From assembly GCA_031403675.1 (NCBI GenBank), contig JANNTO010000066.1, positions 1 through 44,095 of the forward strand: a stretch of 44,095 nt of DNA. Direction: 5' to 3'. Below, piece after piece: positions 37,422-44,095 of the stretch. Within the stretch, counting starts at the first letter, position 1, and each line of letters begins with the position of its first letter. The notes below the pieces were generated by a model. The model was not told the origin of the DNA. It worked only from the letters and a program-made list of their open reading frames with translations, and searched no databases. The stretch comes from Gammaproteobacteria bacterium. GTDB lineage: Bacteria; Pseudomonadota; Gammaproteobacteria; Steroidobacterales; Steroidobacteraceae. Made by a program: the position numbers and the translations under genes.

Positions 37422-38809
37422 CTGCTCAATTTAGTTTCATCTGCAACTAATAGCAAGTTGGGAGCAAGTTGGGGACTGTCCCCATTTCCGCGCAGCGAAA
37501 AAGGGGACAGGCCCCACTTAGCCAGCCACGATGATCGTTCCATGATGGCCGTCACGCCCATGCCGCCCGCGGTGCACACCGAGATCAGGCCGCGGCCCGA
37601 GCCACGTTCCGCCAGCAGCTTGGCGAGCGTCGCGACGATGCGTGCGCCAGTCGCCGCGAATGGGTGACCGACTGCGACCGAACCGCCCTTGACGTTGAGC
37701 TTGGCACGTTCGATCGAGCCGAGTGGCGCGGAAAGTCCGAGCCGCTCGCGGCAGAACTGCGGCGATTCCCAGGCTTTGAGCGTGCACAGCACCTGCGCCG
37801 CAAAGGCCTCGTGGATCTCGTAGAAATCGAAGTCCTGCAGGCGCAGCCCGGCATCGGCCAGCATCCGTGGCACGGCGTAGGCGGGCGCCATCAGCAGGCC
37901 CTCGCCGCCGACGAAATCGACTGCCGCCGCTTTGCCATAGGTCATATACGCCTGAATCGGCAGTCCACGCGAATTCGCCCAGTCCTCGCTCGCGAGCAGC
38001 ACGCTCGCGGAGCCGTCGGTCATCGGCGTGCTGTTGCCGGCGGTCAGCGTCCCATCCGCGGCAAACGAGGGCTTGAGTTTCGCGAGCTTCTCGAGGCTGG
38101 TGTCGGCGCGGACATTGTTATCGGCCGCAACACCGAGATACGGCACGACCAGATCCGACATGAATCCTTCGGCCCAGGCGCGGGCCGCGCGCTGGTGGCT
38201 CTGGAAGGCCAGTTCATCCTGTTCGGCACGCGTGATTTTCCAGGTGCGTGCCATCTGTTCGGCGTGCTGGCCCATCGACAGCCCGGTGCGTGGCTCGCCG
38301 GTGCCCGGATACGAGGGCTTGAAATGGCGCGGCCGCAGGCCGAGAAAGGGCTTGATGCGCTCGCCGAAACTGCGTGCGCGGAACACCCGCAGCATCAGTT
38401 GCTGATACTCGCGCCCGAACACGATCGGTGGGTCGCTGACCGTGTCCACGCCGCCGGCGATGCCGGCGTCAATCTGGCCGAGCGCGATCTTGTTGGCGAT
38501 TGCGATCGCGGCCTCGATGCTGGTGCCGCACGCGCGTTGCACGTCGAGTCCCGGCGTCTCGGGCGACAGGCCGGAATCAAGTAGCGCTTCGCGCGCGAGA
38601 TTCCACTGGCTCGAATGCTTCATCACCGCGCCGGCGATGACATCGCCGAGCCGCACGCCCTTGAGCGAAAACCGGTCCACCACGGCCTTGAGCGAGGTCG
38701 TGAGCATCTGCTGGTTACCGACGCTCGCATAGGCGCCGTGGGCGCGCGCGAACGGAATGCGTGCGCCGCCGATGACAGCGACACGACGGGGTACTGATCC
38801 GACCAGCAT
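37418..38809 (-). CDS. Acetyl-CoA C-acyltransferase (thiolase) with a repeat-encoded C-terminal extension
   Basis: ATG 38809 preceded by GGAGAA. Active-site regions (VQRACGTSIEA, NVKGGSVAVGHPFAATG, SVCTAGGMGVTAIMER). About 38 residues follow the usual ..IMER end and translate the repeat. The stop overlaps the next ATG. Confidence 0.85.
   Translation of the reverse strand: MLVGSVPRRVAVIGGARIPFARAHGAYASVGNQQMLTTSLKAVVDRFSLKGVRLGDVIAGAVMKHSSQWNLAREALLDSGLSPETPGLDVQRACGTSIEAAIAIANKIALGQIDAGIAGGVDTVSDPPIVFGREYQQLMLRVFRARSFGERIKPFLGLRPRHFKPSYPGTGEPRTGLSMGQHAEQMARTWKITRAEQDELAFQSHQRAARAWAEGFMSDLVVPYLGVAADNNVRADTSLEKLAKLKPSFAADGTLTAGNSTPMTDGSASVLLASEDWANSRGLPIQAYMTYGKAAAVDFVGGEGLLMAPAYAVPRMLADAGLRLQDFDFYEIHEAFAAQVLCTLKAWESPQFCRERLGLSAPLGSIERAKLNVKGGSVAVGHPFAATGARIVATLAKLLAERGSGRGLISVCTAGGMGVTAIMERSSWLAKWGLSPFSLRGNGDSPQLAPNLLLVADETKLSR
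37471..37520. repeat. Nested-palindrome element, subtype A (degenerate right arm), lying inside the 3' tail of the thiolase ORF
   Basis: GGGGACTGTCCCCATTTCC-gcgcagc-GAAAAAGGGGACAGGCCCC-ac-TTA. On the minus strand it is preceded by TAA-GT, the same offset as at other gene ends but out of frame. Confidence 0.8.
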
Positions 38810-38900
38810 GGGGGTTCTCCGGTGAAGGCGGGACTGGGTTGCGTTCCGGTAGAATGCCAGCATCCACACGGGCCCGCCACGGCGCGCCACCCGGTGCCTC

Positions 38901-40265
38901 ATGAGCGAACCCGGCAGCTTCCGCAAGGCTTTTCCAGTTGATTCGCGCGCGATCCTGCGGCTCGCGGGGCCGCTCGTCGTCAACAACCTGGTGCTGGCCG
39001 GCATGATGCTGACCAACACCGTCGTGGCGGGCCGGCTCGGGCCGGAACCGCTCGCCGGTGTCGCGGTCGGCGGCAGTTACTACCAGGCGTTCTGGCTGTT
39101 CGGACTGGGCGTGCTGATGTCCATTTCGCCGTTGGCCGCGCATGCCTACGGCGCGGGGCGGGATATCGAAGTCGGGCGGCGATTCCGCCAGGGCATCTGG
39201 CTCGCGCTGATGCTCGCGGTGCCGCTGGTAGGCGGGCTCGCCTGCGTCGAGCCGCTGCTGCGCTGGTTCGGCACCGATGCGCGCGCGATTCCGCACGCGG
39301 CCGGCTATGTCTATGCGATGTGCTTCGGCATGCCGGCGATGCTGGTGTTCCTCGCACACCGCTACACCAGCGAGGGCATCGGCTGGACCCGGCCGGTGAT
39401 CTACACTGCGCTGGTCGGCCTCACGACCAACATCACGGCCAACTGGCTGTTCACGTTGGGCGGCCTCGGCATTCCGTCGCAGGGTGCGACCGGTTGTGGC
39501 ATCGCGACCGCGCTCGCCTGCTGGGCCATGCTGATGACCATGCACCTCTATCAGCGCCGCCACGCGATTTACCGGCGCTTCGGCCTGTTCGAGCGCTTCG
39601 AGCGGCCGGACCCGGCGGCGTTGCGGGAAATACTGTCGCTCGGCCTGCCGATCGCCGGCTCGGTCGTGTCGGAAGGTGCGCTGTTCGTGGTGGCGGCGCT
39701 GCTGATGAGCACGCTCGGCACTGAGATCGTCGCGGCGCACCAGATCGCGATCAGCTATGCCTCGCTGATGTTCATGATTCCACTGTCGCTGCACTCGGCA
39801 ACGACCATCCATGTCGGCCACCAGGTCGGCCGTGGCAACATTACCGCCGGACGCGATGCGGGCTGGAACGGCATCGTGATGTGCGGCATTATCATGGCGC
39901 TGTCCTCGCTCGTGCTCCTGGTCGCGCGCGACGGCATTGCCGCGGCTTTTACCTCGGACCCGGAGGTGCGCGCGCTGGCTGCATGGCTGCTGCTGTTCGT
40001 GGCCGTGTTCCAGATTCCGGACGGTCTGCAAGTCGGCGCGGCGGGAGCGCTGCGCGGCTTCAAGGATGCGCACGTGCCGATGGCATTGAACTTCACTGCT
40101 TACTGGCTGATCGGATTTCCTGCTGCGTGGTGGTTTGGCATTCACGAGGGAGTCGGACCGTCGGGAATCTGGGCCGGACTGATCGCAGGGCTGGTCGTGT
40201 GCGCGGTGTTCCTGATCTGGCGCTACCAGCGCGTCTCGCATCCGCGCGCCTCCGCTCTGCCATAG
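38901..40265 (+). CDS. MATE family efflux transporter
   Basis: 454 aa, 12-TM pattern. N-terminus ILRLAGPLVVNNLVLAGMMLTNTVVAGRLG is typical of the NorM/MATE family. Confidence 0.88.
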   Translation: MSEPGSFRKAFPVDSRAILRLAGPLVVNNLVLAGMMLTNTVVAGRLGPEPLAGVAVGGSYYQAFWLFGLGVLMSISPLAAHAYGAGRDIEVGRRFRQGIWLALMLAVPLVGGLACVEPLLRWFGTDARAIPHAAGYVYAMCFGMPAMLVFLAHRYTSEGIGWTRPVIYTALVGLTTNITANWLFTLGGLGIPSQGATGCGIATALACWAMLMTMHLYQRRHAIYRRFGLFERFERPDPAALREILSLGLPIAGSVVSEGALFVVAALLMSTLGTEIVAAHQIAISYASLMFMIPLSLHSATTIHVGHQVGRGNITAGRDAGWNGIVMCGIIMALSSLVLLVARDGIAAAFTSDPEVRALAAWLLLFVAVFQIPDGLQVGAAGALRGFKDAHVPMALNFTAYWLIGFPAAWWFGIHEGVGPSGIWAGLIAGLVVCAVFLIWRYQRVSHPRASALP

Positions 40266-40272
40266 GACGAAC

Positions 40273-42048
40273 GTGCGGAACATTCCCAGACTGCTGCTGG
40301 TCACGACGCTGCTGTTGGGCAGCTGCACGCCATTGCCGCCACCCGCAACACCGGCGGCGCAACTCGAGCGCCTGGTCGAGGCGTACTTCGACGAGTATCT
40401 GGCGCTGAATCCGACCACGGCGACCGACATCGGCGACTACCGCTTTGACGAGCGGCTCGAACTGTCGGCGACACCGGAATACGAATCTGCCTCGATCGCG
40501 CTCGAGAACCGCTATCGCGATGCGGTCGCCGCGATCGATCCGGAATCGCTCGATGCGGCCTCGAGCCTGACCCGCGAGATGTTCCTGTACAACCGCAATC
40601 GGGAAGGCGAGCGCAATGGCTTTCCGCGACGGCTGTTGCCGATCAGCCAGTTCGATGGCGGCATGGCGACCGGACTCGCTTTTTATGGCGCCGGCACCGG
40701 TTCGCAACCCTTTGCGACGGTCGCAAACTACGACCGCTGGCTCACGCGTGCTGCGCAGTTCCCGCAATGGGTCGACACGGCGATCGCCGCGATGCGGGAA
40801 GGCATGGAGCAGGGCGTCGTGCATCCGCGCATCGTGATGGCGAAAGTCGTGCCGCAACTCGATGCCCTGATCGCGATTGAGACGGAGAAAAGTATCTTCT
40901 ACGGTCCGGTCGGGTTGATGCCGCAGGACTGGCCAGAGGCGGAGCGTACGCGGCTGGAATCCGCGCTCACGCGCCTCATCGTGGATCAGCTCAATCCAGC
41001 ATATCGCAAGCTCCGCGATTTCATCCGCGACGAATACCTGCCAGCCTGCCGCGACACGGTCGGCTGGTCGGGCCTGCCGGACGGCGCTGCCTGGTACGCA
41101 AGCGAAGTGCGCCGCCAGACGACGACCCGCCTTACACCCGCGGAAATCCACGACCTCGGACTCGCCGAAGTTGCGCGCATTCGCAGCGAGATGGCAGGCG
41201 TGATGCGCGAGGTCGGATTCAAGGACACGCTCGCGGATTTTTTCCGCTATGTGCAGGAGGAACCGGCGTTCCATTTTCAGCGCTCCGCGGACCTGCTGGC
41301 CGCGTTCCGCCGCGTCAAGAAGCAGATCGACGCCGAACTGCCGCGGCTCTTTGCCGTAATGCCGAAAGCGGACTACGAAGTCCGCGTGGTCGAGGCGTTT
41401 CGCGCGGCGTCCGCCGCCGGCGGCTCGTATCAGGGACCGTCGGCCGACGGCAGCCGTCCCGGCATCTTCTTCGTCAACACCTACAACCTGAACGCACAGC
41501 CGATCTACGGCATCGAAACACTGTCGCTGCATGAGGCCGCGCCGGGGCATCACTTCCAGGTGTCGATCCAGCAGGAACTCATCGGCATGCCGCGTTTCCG
41601 GCGCTTCGAGGGCAATGTCGCCTACAGCGAAGGCTGGGCGCTTTATTCGGAATCGCTCGGCCGCGAACTCGGGCTCTTCGCCGATCCGATGCAATGGTAC
41701 GGGCGCCTGTCCGACGAGATGCTGCGCGCGATGCGCCTGGTCGTGGACACGGGAATGCATGCGCAAGGCTGGAGCCGCGAACGTGCGATGCGCTACATGC
41801 GGGACAATAGCTCGCTCGCCGACAGCGACATCGAAGCCGAGGTGGAACGCTACATCGTCTATCCGGCCCAGGCGCTCGGCTACAAGATCGGGGATCTGCG
41901 CATCCAGGCGATGCGTCGCGAGGCAGAAGCGGATCTTGGCAACCATTTCGACGTGCGCGCATTCCACGCACAGGTGCTGATGGACGGATCATTGCCGCTC
42001 GACGTGCTGGAAGCGAAGATCGACCGCTGGATCGAGACCCAGCGCTGA
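40273..42048 (+). CDS. DUF885 domain lipoprotein (putative metallopeptidase-like)
   Basis: GTG start, lipobox LLLGSC and the conserved HEAAPGHHFQ, EGWALYSE and RYIVYPAQALGYKIG motifs characteristic of DUF885. Confidence 0.8.
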   Translation: MRNIPRLLLVTTLLLGSCTPLPPPATPAAQLERLVEAYFDEYLALNPTTATDIGDYRFDERLELSATPEYESASIALENRYRDAVAAIDPESLDAASSLTREMFLYNRNREGERNGFPRRLLPISQFDGGMATGLAFYGAGTGSQPFATVANYDRWLTRAAQFPQWVDTAIAAMREGMEQGVVHPRIVMAKVVPQLDALIAIETEKSIFYGPVGLMPQDWPEAERTRLESALTRLIVDQLNPAYRKLRDFIRDEYLPACRDTVGWSGLPDGAAWYASEVRRQTTTRLTPAEIHDLGLAEVARIRSEMAGVMREVGFKDTLADFFRYVQEEPAFHFQRSADLLAAFRRVKKQIDAELPRLFAVMPKADYEVRVVEAFRAASAAGGSYQGPSADGSRPGIFFVNTYNLNAQPIYGIETLSLHEAAPGHHFQVSIQQELIGMPRFRRFEGNVAYSEGWALYSESLGRELGLFADPMQWYGRLSDEMLRAMRLVVDTGMHAQGWSRERAMRYMRDNSSLADSDIEAEVERYIVYPAQALGYKIGDLRIQAMRREAEADLGNHFDVRAFHAQVLMDGSLPLDVLEAKIDRWIETQR

Positions 42049-42054
42049 GCATCC

Positions 42055-42576
42055 TCAGAGTTCGAGCAGAAAATGCTGGTCGCAGCCGCGGTGGCCGCTC
42101 GTGCCGAGCGGCCCGCACAGTTTCGTGAAACCTACCTTCAGATAGAGCTTCCGCGCGTCATCCATGCCGGTGAGTGTTTCGAGGTAGCAGCGCCGGTAGC
42201 CGCGTCCGCGCGCCGCGTCGAGGCAGCGCCGCAACATCTGCTCGCCGTAACCACGTCCGCGCGCCACGGGCAGCAGATACATCTTGCGCAGTTCGCAGAC
42301 CTCGGCTCCCGCGCCCGCGAGCGGGGCGATTCCGCCGCAGCCCTGGACCTGGCCGTCGACATCGAGCACGAAGTAGGCGGAGCGCACGCCGTCATAGGCC
42401 GCGGACATGGCGGCCACTTCAGGATCGCTGCTGGAATAACCTGAACCGCTCGCGCCGAAACTCGCCATGACCTCGCGGATGATGACCGCAACTGCGGCAT
42501 CGTCGGCGGCGCGTATCGGGCGTATCAGCGGTTCAGTCACCCGGGGAATAGTAGCCGTGGCCGAGCGTCTCGACAT
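42055..42576 (-). CDS. GNAT family N-acetyltransferase
   Basis: Acetyl-CoA motif (LRKMYLLPVARGRGYGEQMLRRCLDAARGRGY). The start may instead be GTG 42540 (VTEPLIRPIR), which gives a shorter overlap with the upstream gene. Confidence 0.85.
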   Translation of the reverse strand: MSRRSATATIPRVTEPLIRPIRAADDAAVAVIIREVMASFGASGSGYSSSDPEVAAMSAAYDGVRSAYFVLDVDGQVQGCGGIAPLAGAGAEVCELRKMYLLPVARGRGYGEQMLRRCLDAARGRGYRRCYLETLTGMDDARKLYLKVGFTKLCGPLGTSGHRGCDQHFLLEL

Positions 42577-42892
42577 CGACCAGCAGGCCGTCCTCGAACT
42601 TGAGCCGGCGCATCAGCTTGTTGGGGCCGAGGTTGTAGGTCCAGTACTCGACCGGAATCGGCACCGGCTCATAGGAAGTGTAATAAGGGCGGCCCCGATA
42701 CCAGCGGATCGGCCGCTGCATCACTTCGCTGCGCCGAACCGAACTCGGCGCGCCGCAAAGTGCCTCGACCTTGTCGGTGCTGTCGCCGTCGGTGACGAGT
42801 TTGCTGCCGCAGCGAAACGAATCGGCGGCCGCGCCGTCGGCCCAGAGCAGGGCGGCGGCCAGCATCAGAATCGTGGCGGTCTTGCTCTGCAT
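42533..42892 (-). CDS. DUF2845-like small periplasmic protein
   Basis: 119 aa. Signal peptide (ATILMLAAALLWADGAAA), a Cys pair (FRCGSKLVTDGDSTDKVEALCGAP) and C-terminal LKFEDGLLVDVETLGHG. Confidence 0.6.
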   Translation of the reverse strand: MQSKTATILMLAAALLWADGAAADSFRCGSKLVTDGDSTDKVEALCGAPSSVRRSEVMQRPIRWYRGRPYYTSYEPVPIPVEYWTYNLGPNKLMRRLKFEDGLLVDVETLGHGYYSPGD

Positions 42893-43021
42893 GGCTCCAA
42901 CATGCCTTGCGGCAGGTGAATGGCGGCTGAAAGTCCCGGCACCTCCAATTTACGCCCGCTGTGCCTTCGGACCAAGCCAACTCGACTTAAGTTTGCCCGC
43001 GGCCGCAGAATGGCCCGACTG

Positions 43022-44095
43022 ATGCCTACGCCACATCTTGATCGCCAGTTCGAACGCCGTCTCGCAGGGCTGGTCAATGCCCGCGAGCGCGGTGTGCTGA
43101 CCGGCGGACTCAAGGGGGTCGAGCGCGAGGCGCTGCGGGTCACGCCGGAGGGCCGCATTGCGCAGTCGCCACATCCGTCGACGCTTGGTTCGGCGCTGAC
43201 CCACCCGCATATCACCACCGATTACTCGGAAGCGCTGATCGAGCTCGTGACGCCGCCATTCGAGCAGGCCTGGGAGCTGTCGCAGTATCTCTGCGACATC
43301 CATCAGTTCGTCTATCGTCATCTCGGCGACGAACTGTTGTGGGTCACGAGCATGCCCTGCGTGCTGGGTGGCGACCCCGAGATTCCGATCGCGCGCTTCG
43401 GCAGTTCGAACATCGGGCGGATGAAGCACGTGTATCGCGTCGGTCTGGGCCTGCGCTACGGGCGCGTGATGCAGGCGATCTCGGGCGTGCATTTCAATTA
43501 CTCGTTCCCGCAAAAATTCTGGCCGGTGTTGCAGGCGGTCGAGGAATCGAAGCTGACCGGCCGGCCCTTCGTGGACGATGCCTATTTCGCGCTGCTGCGG
43601 AATTACCGCCGTTTCGGCTGGCTGATCCTTTATCTGTTCGGCATTTCACCGGCCGTGTGCCGCTCGTTCTTTGCGGGCCGCGACGTGCCGGCCGGTCTCG
43701 AGCCGCTCGGCAAGGGAACGCTGGTCGCGCCACATGCCACCTCGCTGCGCATGAGCGATCTCGGTTATCGCAATACGAACCAGGCAGGCGTGGAGATCTC
43801 GGTCAACAGCCTCGATGAGTACCTGCGTGATCTGAGCCGTGCCGTGAACATTCCGCATCCCGACTATGAACGTATCGGCGTGAAAGTCGATGGCGAATAC
43901 CGGCAGCTCAATACCAATCTGCTGCAGATCGAGAATGAGTACTACAGCTTCATCCGGCCGAAACGCGTCGCGCGTTCGGGCGAACGGCCATCCCAGGCAC
44001 TGGCGAGGGGAGGCGTGCAGTACGTCGAGGTTCGCGCCCTCGACGTCAGCGCGTTCGATCCGGTAGGCGTCAACGAGAGCAAGCTGCGCTTTCTG
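43022..44095 (+). CDS. gshA: Glutamate--cysteine ligase (5' partial, runs off the window)
   Basis: My own translation from ATG 43022: MPTPHLDRQFERRLAGLV...GLKGVEREALRV...HPHITTDYSEALIELVTPP...ISGVHFNYSFP...ENEYYSFIRPKR...YVEVRALD. It is open to the window end (358 codons), which is why it is missing from the ORF track. An in-frame ATG at 43010 is an alternative start. Confidence 0.92.
   Translation, partial: MPTPHLDRQFERRLAGLVNARERGVLTGGLKGVEREALRVTPEGRIAQSPHPSTLGSALTHPHITTDYSEALIELVTPPFEQAWELSQYLCDIHQFVYRHLGDELLWVTSMPCVLGGDPEIPIARFGSSNIGRMKHVYRVGLGLRYGRVMQAISGVHFNYSFPQKFWPVLQAVEESKLTGRPFVDDAYFALLRNYRRFGWLILYLFGISPAVCRSFFAGRDVPAGLEPLGKGTLVAPHATSLRMSDLGYRNTNQAGVEISVNSLDEYLRDLSRAVNIPHPDYERIGVKVDGEYRQLNTNLLQIENEYYSFIRPKRVARSGERPSQALARGGVQYVEVRALDVSAFDPVGVNESKLRFL

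Noticed and set aside
38715-41967. Two long minus-strand ORFs (38715..40430 and 40093..41967)
   Set aside because: Antisense to the MATE transporter and DUF885 genes, both with clear family motifs. The translations are Arg-rich and featureless.

Overview
High-GC (roughly two-thirds G+C by eye) proteobacterial chromosome segment. Gene content and synteny look like Xanthomonadales/Nevskiales-type Gammaproteobacteria or Betaproteobacteria. It is densely packed with about 45 supported CDS, mostly core housekeeping. Main blocks: dprA, a threonine-synthase-like PLP enzyme, a LysM (TsaP-like) protein and def-fmt-rsmB. Then DUF4390 plus an NtrY/NtrX-like two-component system, a SPOR protein, argS and priA. 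Then an ECF sigma / DUF3619-like / small acidic protein / DUF3106 operon followed by a PspC-domain gene, dienelactone hydrolase, pntAA-pntAB-pntB, and an HNH endonuclease overlapping a 5'-3' exonuclease. Then nitroreductase, an acetyl-CoA hydrolase/transferase, a 2OG-Fe(II) oxygenase, a cytochrome b561 flanked by two YceI-type proteins, ExoD, an S46 dipeptidyl peptidase, a VOC protein, hemH and a small beta-barrel OMP. Last come a thiolase / homogentisate-dioxygenase-family / FAH / gabD operon, a MATE pump, a DUF885 lipoprotein, GNAT, DUF2845 and the 5' part of gshA. I found no rRNA, tRNA, CRISPR array, integrase, transposase or recognisable defence island. The strongest signal not explained by genes is a family of six intergenic nested-palindrome elements (A-run GGGGAC..GTCCCC TTTTCC / GGAAAA GGG..GTCCCC T-run). 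They are often flanked by TA and sit exactly against stop codons. Two copies bracket the nitroreductase gene and one is read through by the thiolase ORF. Secondary observations: a degenerate AAA+ core in the NtrX-like regulator, an exact 18-residue periodic repeat in the DUF3106 protein, the translationally overlapped HNH/FEN nuclease pair, an AT-rich island upstream of the OMP gene, and an rsmB without a canonical start codon. Many long ORFs in the six-frame track are antisense shadow ORFs typical of high-GC DNA and were rejected.
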